DNA of 64,000 bases from the human T2T-CHM13v2.0 reference genome, Homo sapiens. Positions 32,089 through 49,791 of the stretch are shown here, piece by piece. Under the pieces are notes generated by a model. It ran no database searches, was not told where the DNA came from, and saw only the letters and a list, made by a program, of their open reading frames with translations. Within the stretch, counting starts at the first letter, position 1. The number at the start of each line of letters is the position of its first letter. Position numbers and translations under genes: made by a program. The stretch lies in NCBI RefSeq assembly GCF_009914755.1, contig NC_060933.1, one strand, 5' to 3'.

Positions 32089-33999
32089 GTTCAAAAGTCA
32101 CTTTCTATACTTATGATTTGGCCATGAGCATTCCTATCTTTACTTAGTTTGGAGGAGTGGACTCAGCAGCATGTATGTTATGGGAAAAAAAGAGATTCGG
32201 AAAAATTACTTACATAAGTTTGAAAGGCAAGATGAATCTGGCCATATGGTAAAATCCAACAGAACTCTTCTGGTTATGAGTAATTTGTAAAATAATTCAT
32301 ACATTGCCCATTATATGCATTAGATATATGTAAATTTTACCATGCTCATTCTTCAGAACAGAAAAAGTGAAATACAAAGGCAAACATGGTAAAGCAATTT
32401 ATTTTAGTTTTTGTGAGAAGTTGTTCTAGAGTATGTTATATGACTCTATGCCCTCAGTTTGAAACTCTCATTGAACCATATCTAAATTAACTAATAAAAT
32501 GAACTTTGAATTATATATGCCACTATGTGCAAATTAACATTCATTGACTGTATGTATATGTAAATATTGGCCAGTAAACACAGCCATTTACATCTTCATA
32601 AAGAGAATAACACTTCCAACTAAAATTCCTTCTAAAATTGGACTCATATCAATTGGAAGTATTTCAAACAATTACTAAACTGATTTACTTGAACAAATAT
32701 AGAAAATATTATCTAAGCTATGTGTACCTATTTTTTTATATTCCTAGAAATTAGGGGGAACTTTTATTTCCTTTGATTGAATATGAGTTTCTAACTTAAC
32801 AAAATATATAATAGTGAGTCAGTAAAATGAATACTTTTACCAAGGATGGAAAGTGTTCTGAATTATCTAAAAGACATTTTCATTGCAGTTAACATTTGCC
32901 TGTGTAGAACAGATTAATATTAAAATCTATTTTTTTAACAAAATTTAGCAAATGAGGAATTTTCTATTGGTTCATTTCTTCTGACATTTCTTCTATGTTG
33001 ACCCTTCTCCCACTTCATGTTGCAAGATGTGAGATCTTACTTCACTTATCACATTCATATTCAAGGCAAACGAAATAGAATCGGGATGATAGGCTTGTAC
33101 ATTTATGCTTTTTTACAGAAACCTTTAGAGAAGTGTTCAGCTATATTGTATCTCACCTATAAAAGGTGGTTCACATTTCCAAATGGATAAAGGCTAGAAA
33201 AATCAAGAAAAAGAGCTGTCATGAGTACATGACAGCAAACGTAATTTGGGGCTTAGACTCATGACCAAAGTGAAGTTCTGTAAGTAAGAAATTAAGAGAA
33301 AATTAATATTGGGCAGGCAAAATCCATGTTGGTATATCCTTATGCATATAACTAGAAATATATTGCTAATTTTAATAAACTTACTTTCAAAAATGTATTC
33401 TGTGTTATTATACTTTAACATGTGTTCATTAACTGTGTGTGTTCCTAAACCTTGCTATATTTGGATATGATTTTTAGCAATAAATAGTGGGGCAAGATGG
33501 AAAATCTGAAGTTTTACAAAAACTAAATATAAGACAAAAACAATATATATTCAACTAAAAAGGAGTTGGCAACAAACTTCTCTGATTCTATATCAAATCC
33601 CAAAAAACAATGGAATATGTATCAGTAATTATTGACTACCATAGGGTAATAATAATAATAAATGGTCATAAAATAAATTAGTTAATGGAAAATGATAGAT
33701 ATTAATTATTGAATGATAAAGCACAATGTAAAACAAAATGATAGAAATAATCATACTCACAAACATAACAATCTGTATGTAGAAGTCTAGGTTTTCCAAA
33801 TTAAAGCTGGTTACTCACAAAATCCTTGAAAAGAGTGAGAAGTTGGTGGGGTGATTATATTTTTAAGCTATGAAGTCAGATAGTGTGATGTTTCATCTCA
33901 GTACCACTATAAAATAAAGTTTTAATCCTGTTCATGTCACTCTTAATTTTCACTAGCTTTTTAGGCAAGGAAAATTCACATCCATCCCTCCCTTGATTC

Positions 34000-34897
34000 A
34001 TCTCTTTCAAAAGCAACATTTTAAATGGTTGATGACTTAACATCACTGCAACTATTTTCTCCTTCATTTAAGAACATAATCAACCATTTATGTGGGCATG
34101 TTTATTTTACACCTCAATTTTGGCTCAAGGAATATAACACATAGTGGCTTCTTTCTTTCATTTGCCATATCAAATCCATGAACACCTGCCTTTAAGATGT
34201 ATCAGATTACTTTTACCTCTTACTAGCCATGTCCAGGCAACTGCCAAAGCACTGGATCATTGGAATAGCTTCATAAATGATGACCCCGTTTCTCTCACTT
34301 TCATTCCTAGAGGCTGTTTTTCAGCCAGGAGTCAGAATGATTATAAAACATAAATCAAATAATTTCACAGTCTTGCTCATAGCTTTCTAATTGTTCCCCT
34401 TCTCAAAGTAAAACCCAAAACCTTGTCATTGTTTGTGAAAGCAACAATATGGGATCCTTCTCCATACCTCCCCCAATTTATTTTATCACAGCCCTCATTG
34501 TTTTGGTCATTCTATCCTTAAGAGCCTCCTGATATTTCTTGGAAATGCCAAGATTCACCCACCTTAGAAACCACTTTGTTTTTCTGTCTTTAAAAGAGAC
34601 ATGCGCTGTAGATATTTGCTTGCTACTCTACTTCTTCTGAACATCTCAGCAGAATTCTTTTGAGAGGCAGACAGTCACTCTGTATCTGCATTCAAATTTC
34701 ACCCTAGAACTTATCCACATGTTAATACTGCGTTTCTTTTTTTAATTTTTCACTGCCTTTCTCGCCCAAAAAGAAAGAACATAAGCTCTTTTAGTCAGGG
34801 ACGGCTATTTTTTTTTCTGTTTTCTCTTTTTCTTAACCTGGCATGAAGACACATTTCTGGCATAGAGCAAATGAATAATAAATATTTGTTGAATAAT
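34000..34897 (+). mobile_element. L2 3' region
   Basis: 'aaaacataaatcaaataatttcac', 'aagtaaaacccaaaacctt', terminal 'ctggcatagag...taaatatttgttgaat'. Confidence 0.75.
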
Positions 34898-35129
34898 CTT
34901 GCATAAGTTAATCCTTAATTTGTCAACTGTTGATTCATTTTGCTCTGAAATCAACGACAATAAAAAAGAATTGTACTTCTATTTTGTACTTTTTTACTCA
35001 GAGTAAATATTTATTGAGATTTAATTTGTGCCCTGTAAACTGCTAAACTCCTAAATCCATTAGGTCTATTTCTCCCATGAGGTAAATATTTGCTCTTCAT
35101 TGAGGATATAGCCAGCAAGGCAGAAACTA

Positions 35130-35597
35130 GTCTAGGACTTACAAACAATCTGATTTTATTATGTGGAGCAGGTAACATCAGGGTGAAAATAACTAAGAAA
35201 CAAAGCAAGGACTAGTGATGAAAGTATTAGCACTAGCAGAGAACTAATCCTTTCCTCACGATAGTAAGGTCAATGGGAGAAACTAAAGTTCCAGAGATCC
35301 AGTAATGAGCCATTTCACAGTAGAATTACTGCTGGTGAGAAATGGGACCAGGGAGAAATATGACCTCTGATGTAGGTGTCATTAGAAGCAGAGAAAACAA
35401 ACAAACAAAAACAGAAGTGCCCCTTCTCCTTGCCTTTTCCTGCCCTTCAATCTTTGGTTTTTGCCTTCCCTTGCCTGAATCTACCCAAAGACTAGATGAC
35501 AAGGAAGCATGGGAAATGCAGATTTCTGTTACAGTGAAAAAATAAAAGAAAACTGCTGAGGAAATTGATCTGAGAGCAAACAAACTTTGATCAGCAT
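35130..35597 (-). mobile_element. LTR41-like ERVL LTR
   Basis: 'caaggaagcatgggaaatgcag', terminal 'gatctgagagcaaacaaac...cagca'. Confidence 0.5.
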
Positions 35598-35643
35598 ATT
35601 AATATTATCATGTCATTTTACAGATTAAAAAATTCAAGTTCAG

Positions 35644-35936
<293 letters not shown>

Positions 35937-36092
35937 AATTCAAGTTCAGAGAGATGAAACAACTTTTTAAGGCAATCAGACTACAGATCTAACTGTCATT
36001 TACACTAAAACATTTTAGGAAAACAAAATCATAATGCTTTTGTGGTATTTTGATATTTCAAGAAAAATAGTTATATGTTTTGGTGTGTGGCA

Positions 36093-36114
36093 TGTGTGTG
36101 TGTGTGTGTGTGTA
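36093..36114. repeat. (TG)n microsatellite
   Basis: Seen directly. Confidence 0.85.
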
Positions 36115-37574
36115 TAAAATGATTCTACATTAAATCAAAAATTTAACTTAAAATTTTAAAGATAGAGTAAGGGCTGATAATAGGTTTACCACCAATGCAC
36201 ATTTTCAAGCAGTTAAGTGATTCTAATTAGTAAGAAAAAAATCTAGCAGTCCATACCTAGCATATGGGCTGGCATATAGTTGGCACTCAGTGACTGTCTT
36301 TTGAAAGGTATTATGCCCTTGAGGCTGTTACAATTCCAGAATGAGATGGAGCAAAGTTTGTGGTAGTTGTGATTGCACTTATAATTCACTTATAGGTGTT
36401 GAATTCTCAGTAAGGATAATCCAGGTACTTCACTTCCATTTATCCTTTGTAACATTTACTTAATACACACTTTGTGCTCTTATCGAACTTTTCTGTTATA
36501 TTTTTAAAAGGTTTATTTGCCCTCCAGGTTAACTGGAGAAATAGTGTTTTATTCAAAGTTATGAAAAAGGACTTCCTCATTCTATTATTTCTACACAAAT
36601 ATTTATTACAAATATATAGATTACTTAAGTAGCTACTTATCTGATGACTTACAAAATGATTTGAGAACAATTTAAAGTTACGTGGTGTGCTTTCTGTACA
36701 CATAACCCACATACTAAGTAATTTATAAAAATCCATAAAATAGGAAATTAACTTGAAGGTCACTAGGCTCTCAGAAGAATAAATGACCTTTGATGCTGGA
36801 AATCACTTACTATTTTTTTCAGGTTTTGCATAATATATTATGTATCACTGCTCTCAAGATATTTCTTATAAAAATTAAAAGAAAACTCACACAGAATGAA
36901 CTGTTATAAAATATGTAAAATTTTAGAAAGTCATAATTATATGAATACTTAAAGCACTGCTCTGGAAAAATAATTGAAAGATAAAAGGACATTTATCTTA
37001 AATGTAGTAATTTTCATGTTTATTTAAAATAAGCACAGATAAAATTCTGAAAAAAAGAATGATAAAGTGAACTCAGAGTAGAAAAATCCTTTAGTAGTGA
37101 AATAACAGGTAAAACAGGACTAAAATCTTTTAAATAATGTACTTAACTTACTTAGTTTTGAAAAGATCATCATCATGTATAAAAGGCCATTTTATGTCCA
37201 GAGCAATGTTGGCCTTGGTCTAAGCCAAAATTCTTAGTAGAGAGTTTTTAGAGTGTTTGCTGTGGTAACATGTGTTAAACTTTTTTCAATATAGCCAATT
37301 CAAAAATTTTAAGTAAAATGTATGTTAGCCCTATTCCTACCTGCCATGCTGCTCAGATCTTATATCCTTATCTTATAACATCTGGCTGCTCCGTGATGGC
37401 CATTAAATCCCTGCTAGGAATTAGGAATCCATTCCTGTTTCAGGGTCCTCTTCATCACCTTCAAATTGTTTATGTACAGTGTACTTTTGAAGGCTATACA
37501 CTTTATATTTTTAACATTTAAAAGACAAATATTGATGCTATTTATTCACAGCTAAGTATATACAAATTTAAATA

Positions 37575-37870
37575 TTAATCCAATATACATGTATTTGGTG
37601 CACATTACACGCTGAGTACTTTTCTAGGCCCTGAGGCTAGAGCCGGGCACAACGGAGACAAGTCCTTGCTTTGTGAAGCAGAAAACAGATGACTTCCAGT
37701 AAAGTGCTAAGTTGTGCTTGGGAAAAATAAAATTAGAAAAGCAGCTAGAAGGTGTACTGGAGATGACAAGAAACTGAGAAGAGAGGTTGCTGTTATATAG
37801 AAAGGGCGGAGAAGGCTTCTAGCAAAAAGCAGCATTTTACCAGCTATCTGAAGGATATGTGAAGCCCTAA
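37575..37870 (-). mobile_element. L2 3' region, antisense
   Basis: 'tttctaggccctgagg', 'agacaagtccttgct', 'agtgctaag'. Confidence 0.55.
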
Positions 37871-38629
37871 GATCTTTAATTAGAAATGCTTTATTTGCAA
37901 GAGCAACAAAACATAAAATATTGATAATTTTGACAACAAATAACTTAGGATTTTCAAAAGAAAAATGACAAACTAGGTTGGCACCATGGTCTCTCACTTG
38001 TTATTTATTTTAAGCCTAATTTCTCTACTTATATAAAGGATGCAGTTTTTGTTTGGTATATGGTTTTACTCAATATATGAAGATATTGAGTAAATATCAA
38101 TTATTATTACAACTTTTAAAAACAAAAACAAGGGACAAAAGATGAGATTTGACTAAATCGTGACCATGTTTTCTTCAATGAGTGTTATCGATACACATTT
38201 TTTTCCAAATTACTTTAGTAAGTTTTATAATTTTAAAACACCTTAATGCATTTTAATTCTCCTCATTTATTGGAGTTAACATTTACTTTAATTAATAAAA
38301 TTTTAGTCTATTTTTCTCTTTTTCGAAGACCTTTAAAATATGGATTTCACATTTTCACAAGATAATTTTTAGAATTTTTGTAAATATCCAAATGGGGTGC
38401 TTTCCTATTGTTGGGATATTCCCTTTTACTAATACTGCTTTCATATTCTCCTTTCTGTAATGTATCTTAACTTCTTTTGTTGCAGAGAATGTGAACAATA
38501 TCTGAAACTATACTATGGCCCTACAAAAGTTGTCATGTTGTCTATGCTAACTGTTGTGCTAATTTTACTCTTTCGGTAGTGCCTGGTATAAAATTTGGGT
38601 CTATTATGGTGATGTACTGGTGTACCTTA

Positions 38630-41299
<2,670 letters not shown>

Positions 41300-41973
41300 A
41301 ATATGTAGAGAATTTTTAAAAATTTTTAGCATATTTTACAAAACTTATTGCCTTATAAGTACTCACTCAATATTTTATTTAAGGAGTACATCTTGATTTT
41401 TAAGGGTTTCTTAGCTTTATTGGTTATGTATTAAATAAAACCTCAGCATTTCAATCATAATGTATAAGAAGTATGTTTATGTCATTATTTTTAAAACATA
41501 ATTTCAATAAATGTATAATATTCCATGTATGCTGTTTTCATAACACATTTAAAAATTTTAGCAACATTCAATATCTCTTATTTTATTATCATATTTTAAA
41601 AATTAAAGCCTAATAATCACACTTTTTACATAAGCTTTCGTTTGATTTTACTTTCAAAGATTATGGTCAAGTTCTCTCACTATGTAGACTCTTTTTCAAT
41701 CATATATTTCTAGTTTCATAAATGACACAGCATGTTTCTTACTTCAAAAATAGCATAAACTTGAAATTAAATTAGATTCCTATTTAGGTATATTTGAATA
41801 ATTTAAAGTATGTGTCTTACATTGCAGAGCTAGAAAAATGTTTATTTTTTATATTTTGGTTTGCTTGTGGTTCTTTTAGTTCTTTAGTTAGCTTTTTTTT
41901 TAAAAAATAAAACACTTCACAAATATTCTCTCTAAAATATATGTACAAACTAAATGTGGTTTGCTTTCAGCTA

Positions 41974-42186
41974 CAGTTGACCCTTGAACACGTGTACACT
42001 ATGCAGGTCCACTTATATGCATATTTTTTTTCAACCAAACTCAATAAAAAATGCAGTGTTTTCTGTAGGGTTGCCTTTTCCTATAAACAGGTTCCACAGG
42101 GCCAACTGGGAAACTTGAGTATATGTGGATTTTGGTACATGAAGGTGCCCCTGGAATTGATCCCCACCTATATGGAGAGATAACTA
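41974..42186. mobile_element. MER8-like Tigger MITE
   Basis: TA|cagttgacccttgaaca ... gagagataacta|TA, with 'ggttccacagggccaactg'. Confidence 0.8.
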
Positions 42187-43865
42187 TATGTTGTGTTTGC
42201 TAGATTCACCAGCCAGAGATAATATACTATTATAGAATGCTTTAGATTTATACAATTACCTAATATATTTGGCACATTTTTATTTATGGCTCACATCAAG
42301 TTACATACTCAATACATGTCTGAATTAGTTTCTTTATCTGTAATCTGAGAGTACTCCCTTTCCTGAATACATATCATGATGACAAGGATCTTACAAAACA
42401 AATCATGTCAAAGACTAGGCATGTGATAGTTAGTTTTAAACATTCTTTAACAAATAATCTCCAGGGACACTACCTTCAACACTCAATCTTTGAGAAAATC
42501 TAGTTTTTAAATGGTCCACATTTTGCATTAATTTTTAAAAATGTATTGAAGACCGTAGGAAAGAACTGGAAAGATTTCTGAGACATCTGAAAATAATAGA
42601 AAATAATCTATTTTATATCAAGAAACATTGAACAAAAATGAAATAAGTAAAAAAATTCTGTGGAAGAAGAAATTAATTCAACCTCAAATATTTCTCGGTC
42701 AATTTATTCAATAATGAGGTCACTTGATTTACTTCATGTGTACATTTCAATGAGTGACTGCATGTCTAAAATATATTTTATACTTTTTTACTGAGATTAT
42801 TCACACTTCAGTCTTCCTGTTTTGGTACAAAATATTTTAGACAAACTATTATACTTGTTCATGTATAACTGTCACTTTAGTTATAAAAATGATGCTTAAG
42901 TTAAAAACAAAACAATTTTAATAAAGAAGTGTGAGAAGTAATATATAACCTCTGAGTCAGTCAGAATCTAGCAAAGCTTTATAGGTCACATTCATTAAAC
43001 ATTCTTACATTCACTGTCAGTGGCTCTAATTAAGAATGATCATATAAAAAGATCTTTTCATTTTTCTTGGCTTTTTCTAGTTTGCCCAAATCGCACCAAT
43101 TATTTCTTCTATACTGTTGGTTCATGAGTTCGTGACTGTACATAGTTAGTAATTACTTAAAATCAGATTTTTTTTTACATTTTACTGAAACATAGTTTAA
43201 TTCACCTTTGCTTTTCTCCCACCAGCTTGATATATTATTGAACTATAATAATTTTAAAAAGAAAAATCACACTATGCTAAAGATAAGGAAGCATTTAAAT
43301 GACAGAACTATTTTGTCTGAATAAAGACACAAGATCATATATAGAGAAGAGGAAATGAGCTAATTCATATATTTGGATGGTATGAAGTAGATTAAATATT
43401 TTATGTTTTTAAATAAGTAAATATTAAGCAAGACAGAAAATTATTTTTAATAAAATAAAAAATATACAAAAGCTTTAAAATTCATACAAATATCTAAATG
43501 AAAGAAGAAATCAGACAATGTATATCTTGGCATTGTTCAGTCGGGGATTATTGCTTGGACGATATTTGCTATATTTGTATTTCTCTGTCTTGTTTTTTTT
43601 TTTTCTATTAGCTGAACATAAAAGTTTCAAACATGCAACTAAAATAAATGAGTAAAACAACATCATTATGGGCTGACATACTTTTGATGTGTTAAGGTGT
43701 ATTACTAATACAATACATATTGTAAAAACCATCAATAATAATTTAAAATTATAATATTTAACAATAAAGTTACTACGTTTTATAATTAACTATGCTAACT
43801 ATATCATTAACTATATTAATGACTGACATTGCATAAAAATATATTTGTATAGCAGATAAAAAGAT

Positions 43866-44009
43866 GGGGGAGGGATAGCATTAAGAGAAATACCTAATGT
43901 AAATGACGAGTTAATGGGTGCAGCAAACCAACACGACATATGTGTACATATATAACAAACCTGCACGTTTTGCACATGTGCCCTAGAACTTAGAGTATAA
44001 TAAAAAAAA
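43866..44009 (+). mobile_element. Severely 5'-truncated L1PA (PA5/6-like) 3' end
   Basis: 'ggggagggatagcatta...atacctaatgtaaatgacgagttaatgggtgcagc...gtataataaaaaaaa'. Confidence 0.9.
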
Positions 44010-44569
44010 GTTGTAAAGATAAATTTTGTCTAGAGTTCAACTAACAGGCACCTAGAAATTTTTAAGGATAATTAAAATTCGAAGATGAAATTTGAATGTT
44101 AACATAAAACAAAATAAAAGAAATGCCAAATACATACAATTTTAAAACTATAACAACTTCAAAATTCAAAAAGAAACTTTTATATTATTATGTTATATAA
44201 TATTTTTATTTTTAAAGGCACTTTTTTCTTGTGATTAAAGGTATGTTTTCTCTTAAAAACATGTATTGCTCTACATTTAAAAAAATGATTTTTTAACTTA
44301 AAAAATAAATTTTCTTCCTTTTTCTATTCCTATTTTATTTTTTTTAATTTTTTTAGACTTTTGGCCATTTTTCTTAACTTTATATAGCACTAAAATGACA
44401 TAAAATACTATAATTCTATAAATTTTGATAGGATATTAGTGGAAATTTATATGCTATTCTGTTAGTTTATTAAATTAATGTTTATTTTTATACAAACATT
44501 AATTATTTTCAAAGTGGCTACTAAAATGAATAATAAGCAATCATAAAATAATTATACAAAATTATATAG

Positions 44570-44915
<346 letters not shown>

Positions 44916-45039
44916 AGAAATTGTATATTTTTAAATACACTAATAATCTTAATAATGCATCCGGTATATTTATATGAGTTACTGAGAAAGGTGTATTAGA
45001 ATCACCTTCAATAATTTTGGTTTTAAAAATTTATCCAAT

Positions 45040-45203
45040 TAAGAGACACTAGACCTTCTTTTTTCTCCCTAGTGAAAATACAACGAGAAGGCAGCTGTCT
45101 GCAAGCCAGGAAGAACTCTTACCAAGAATTGAATCTGCTGGCACCTTTAACTCGGACTTGCCAGCCTGCAGAACTGTGAAAAATAAATGTCTTTTGTGAT
45201 CAA
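45040..45203 (+). mobile_element. MLT1A-like LTR, 3' part
   Basis: 'gaaggcagctgtctgcaagccaggaag', 'ctgctggcacc', 'cagaactgtgaaaaataaatg'. Confidence 0.75.
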
Positions 45204-46459
45204 GTGCCAAGATGACTTACTAGAAGCAGCTAGTATGCTCCACTCTCGTGAAAAGGAAATAGACTGGCCAGTAAACACTAGCACTTCAACTGGATCTTCC
45301 AAGAGGACATGTTGGGATTCAGCAAGGAAGCAACAGAAGCCATGGAGAACAAAAACAGCAAGACACAACAGCCACCCACCCAGGATTGGGTGGAGTCAGG
45401 GGAGGATCCTTACCACAAAGAAATAGTGACTGAGAGAGAGCCCCATGGCCCCATACTTCTGTCACGGACCTTTGTAATCATCGGCACAGGTGATCCACCC
45501 TGAGTCCCTCCCCCTGGGGCCTTCAGACTAACAAGGAGAGCTGCATAGAATCTGGGCAGAGCTCCAGATCAGGCACATGAGAAGTCCCAGGGGTCTTAGA
45601 CCCCTAAACACCCCAGTGCTAGTTGCCATAGCTTCACCAACAGGAACGCCAAGTTCTCTGCATGCCAAAGGTTAGTGGCTACACTCATGGTTCTGAGGAG
45701 CAGAGGGACTTCATGCCTTGCCTCTGGTAAACCTCTCCAGGCAAAGCACACTGACCTGGAACTCCAGAACAGCCATGAAACACCCACTTGACCTCTTCGA
45801 CTGGCAGCAGCTCTGCATTTCTCTGGGATGAAGCTCCCAGATGCAATAGACATATCTGCTGTTTTTGCTGCTATTGCAGCTCCAGCCACTACCTAACTGC
45901 CTTCAGGGTCAGGAGGGAGTGAAGAGTGTTATGACTGTTGTGGGCCTCCAGCACAGGGAAAGCTGCCTTCTGGAAAAGCAGTCATATAGTTTTTAATGTT
46001 GGTCATGGCCCCTTCTACTCCTCACTGGTCAGGGCCTCCTGGCTTGAGCCTCCAGCACAGCCAGCTACCTCAGCCTGACAACTTGGGCCAGAAGCAGCAT
46101 TGCATTTCCCTTGGGCAGAGCTCTCATAGGTATAAGACAGGCCTGCCGTTTTTACCTGCTATAGCCCCTGCCCATAATGCCCTCAGATCAAGAGATAGCA
46201 AAGAGGCTTAAGGATTATAGCAGGTCTTCAGCTCAGCACAGCTGCCTTATGGAGGTGTTGTCAGACTTTTTTCCATGCCTGTCTTTGCTCCTGCTACTTC
46301 TCACTGGGTAGGGCCTCCCGACCTGGGCCCCAGCACAGCTACTCTGCTCCCACTTGAACACTTCAGACAGTGGCACCTCTGCATTTCTCTGGGATAGAAT
46401 TCCCAGCGACAACCCACAGCCCCTCTGCCATTACATACAGTGGTACCACCCTTGCTACC

Positions 46460-48768
46460 TGATATGGTTTGGCTCTGTGTCCCCATTCAAATCTCATCCT
46501 GTAGATCCCACAATTCCCATGTTTTGTGGGAGGTACCTGGTGGGAAATGACTGAATAATGGGGATGGGTATTTCCCATGCTGTTCTCGTCATAGTGGATG
46601 GGTCTCATGAGATCTAATGATTTTAAAAACAGGAGTTTCCTGACACAAGCTCTCTCTTAGCCTGCTGCCATCCATGTAAGATGTGACTTGCTCCTACTTA
46701 CCTTTCACCATGATTGTGAGGCCTTCCCAGCCACATGGAACTGTAAGTTGATTAAACCTCCTTCTTTTGTAAATTGCCCAGTCTCAGGTCTGTCTTTATC
46801 AGCAGCATGAAAATGGAATAATACAGTAAATTGGTACCCGTAGAGTGGGATCTACTGAAAAGTGCCTGCAAATGTGGAAGCAACTTTAGAACTGGGTAAC
46901 AGGCAGAGGTTGAAACAGCTTGGAGCACTCAGAAGGAGACAGGAAAATGTGGCAAAGTTTAGAACCACCTAGAGACTTGTTGAATGGCTTTGCCTAAAAT
47001 GATGTTAACGATATGGACAATGAAATCCAGGATGAGGTGGTCTCCAATGGAGATGAGGATCTTGGGGACTAGAACAAAGGTGACTTTTGTTATGTTTTAG
47101 CAAGGAGACTGGTGGAATTTTGCTCCAGGCCTAGAGATTTGTGGAACTTTGAACTTGAGAAAGATGATTTAGGGTATCTCATGGAAGAAATTTCTAAGCA
47201 GCAAAGCATTCAAGATGTGACCTGGGTGCTGTTAAAGTCACTCAGTTTTATAAAGGAAGTAGAGCATAAAAGTTCAAAAAGTTTGTGGCTTGACAATGTG
47301 ATAGAAAAGAAAATCCCATTTTCTGAGGAGAAATTTAAGTCAGCTGCAGAAATTTGTATAAGTAATGAGGAGATGAATGTTAATTCCCAAGACAATAGGG
47401 AAAATGTCTCTAAGGCATGCCAGAGGTCTTCATGGCAGCCCCTTCCATCGCAGGCCTGGTGACCTAGGAGAAAAAAAGTGGTTTTGTGGGCCAGGCCCAA
47501 GGTCATCATGCTGTGAGCAGCCTAGGGACTTGGCACCCTGTGTCCCAGCTGCTCCAGCCATGGCTGAAAGGGGCCAATGTAGACTTTAGGCTGTGGCTTC
47601 AGAGGGTACAAGCCCCAAGCCTTGGCAGCTTCCACTTGATGTTGAGCCTGTGAGTGCACAGAAGTCAAAAATGGGGATTTGGGAATCTCTGCCTAGATTT
47701 CAGATGTATGGAAATGCCTGGATGTCCAGGAATAAGTTCACTGCAACGGTGAGGCCCTCATAAAGAACCACTGTTTAGGGCAGTGTGGAAGGGAAATGTG
47801 GGGTTGGAGCCCCCACAGAGAGTCCCTACTGGGGCACTGCCTAATGTGGCTGAGAGAAGAGGGCCACCGTCCTCCAGACCCCAGAATGGTAAATCCACTG
47901 ACAGCTTGCACCGTGCACCTAGAGAAGACTAAGACACTCAATGTCACCCTGTGAAAGCAGCCATGAGGGAGGCTGTACCCTACACAGCCACGGGGGTGGA
48001 GCTACCCAAGACCTTGGGAACCCACCTCTTGCATTAGCATGACCTGGATGTGATACATAGAGTTACTGGGAGATCATTTTGAAGCTTTAAAATTTGACTG
48101 TCCCTCTGGATTTCACACTTGCATGGGGCATGTAGCCCTGTTGTTTTGGCCAATTTCTCCCATTTGGAATGGCTGTATTTACCCAATGCCTGTACCCCCA
48201 TTGTATCTAGGAAGTAACTAACTTACTTTTGATTTTACAGGCTCATAAGTGGAAGGGACTTGACTTGTCTCAGATGAGACTTTGGACTGTGGACTTTTGA
48301 GTTAATGCTGAAATTAGTTAAGGCTTTTTGGGACTGTTGGGAAGGCATGATTGGTTTTGAAATGTGAAGATATGAGATTTGGGAGGGGCCGGGGGTATAA
48401 TAATATGGTTTGACTCTGTGTCCCCACCCAAGTCTCATCTTGTAGTTCCCATAATTTCTACATGTTGTGGGAGGGACCCAGTGGGAAATGATTGAATCAT
48501 GAGAGTGAGTCTTCCCCATGCTGTTCTCATGATAGTGAATGGGTCTCATGAAATCTGATGGCTTTAAAAATGGGAGTTTCCCCAAACGAGATCTCTATTT
48601 GGCTGCAGTCATCCATGTAAGATGTGACTTGCTCCTCTTCTTGACTTCTGCCATGAGTTTGAGGCCTCCCCAGCCATGTAGAACTACAAATTGATTAAAC
48701 CTCTTTCTTTTGTAAATTGTCCAGTGTCAGGTATGTCTTTATCAGCAATGTAAAAAAGGACTAAGAAA
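46460..48768 (+). mobile_element. THE1A-like MaLR provirus (5' LTR 46460-46825, 3' LTR 48401-48768)
   Basis: Two ~365-bp LTRs with 'ccatgtaagatgtgacttgctcc', ~1.6 kb internal region, TSD ctacc/ctccc. Confidence 0.93.
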
Positions 48769-49791
48769 CTCCCCTTGGGCTGGGGAAAGAACAAAATCCT
48801 GGTTGCTTCACTAGCACCTTCATCATGACACAGCTGCCATATAGCGTAGAGCCCAGTCTCTCTTCCTTGTGAGCTCCCAACTCCTATCCTTCACTAAGCA
48901 GAAATCCTTGCTTGGGCCTGCAGAGTAGCTACCTTGCCCAAGCTGAACATTTCTATTGCCAGTGGCTCTGTGTTATCCTGTGATGGAGCTCCCAGAGGCA
49001 AATGACAGCCAACTGCCACTGCCAGTGCAGTGGTACCTGCCCTTGCTGTCTTAGACTGGGAAAGAAACAAAAGAGCCTGAATGCTTTACTCATGCTTCCA
49101 GCACACTATGATTACCATATGATCACCATATGGCATGGAGCCCAATCTCTATTCTCTGTGAGCCCCTGATCCCCTGCTTTTCACCAGGCAGGGGCCCCAG
49201 CAAAGGCTCATAGTGCAGCAGCCCCACTCCAGGCTGAAAATGCCCAGTGGCAGTGGTTCTGCATTTCTCTGGGGTGGAGATCCCAGAAGCAACTGAAAGT
49301 TTTTCTGCAACCGCTATTCAGCAGTACTGCCCTTGCTGCCCTCCAACTGGGGAGGGAACAAGACCCCAAGTGCTTTACTCACACCTCCAGCACACTGCAG
49401 CTACCCTACAGAGAAGAGATGAATCTGTCTTCTCACAAGCCCTGACACCCTCTGCTCATCACCAGTAGTGTCCCCCAGCTTGGTTCCAAAATGCACAGGC
49501 CCCATCAAAGGTTGACCACTCCATTTGGCAGCATCTCTGCATTTCTGTATGGTGGAGCTGCAAAAGACAAGTGATAGACCTCCACACATTACCACTGCCA
49601 AGGTCCTCACCCCTTTTGTCCCCAAGCTTGTGAGGAAACAAAAACCTTGAGCTCACCCCAGGGCTGTGATGTGCAGCACTGCAGTGACAAGCCAAGCTAT
49701 GCAGCCAGCATTTCAGTAGGAGGGAAGCCTACACACACAGAATACTGACACGGAGCATGGCTGCAAATGTGAGAAAATATACATTTGTGTA

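Noticed and set aside
47112-47462. Mutually similar ORFs at 47112 and 25016 as a gene family
   Set aside because: Homologous fragments of the disrupted MaLR internal ORF in THE1A and MSTA.
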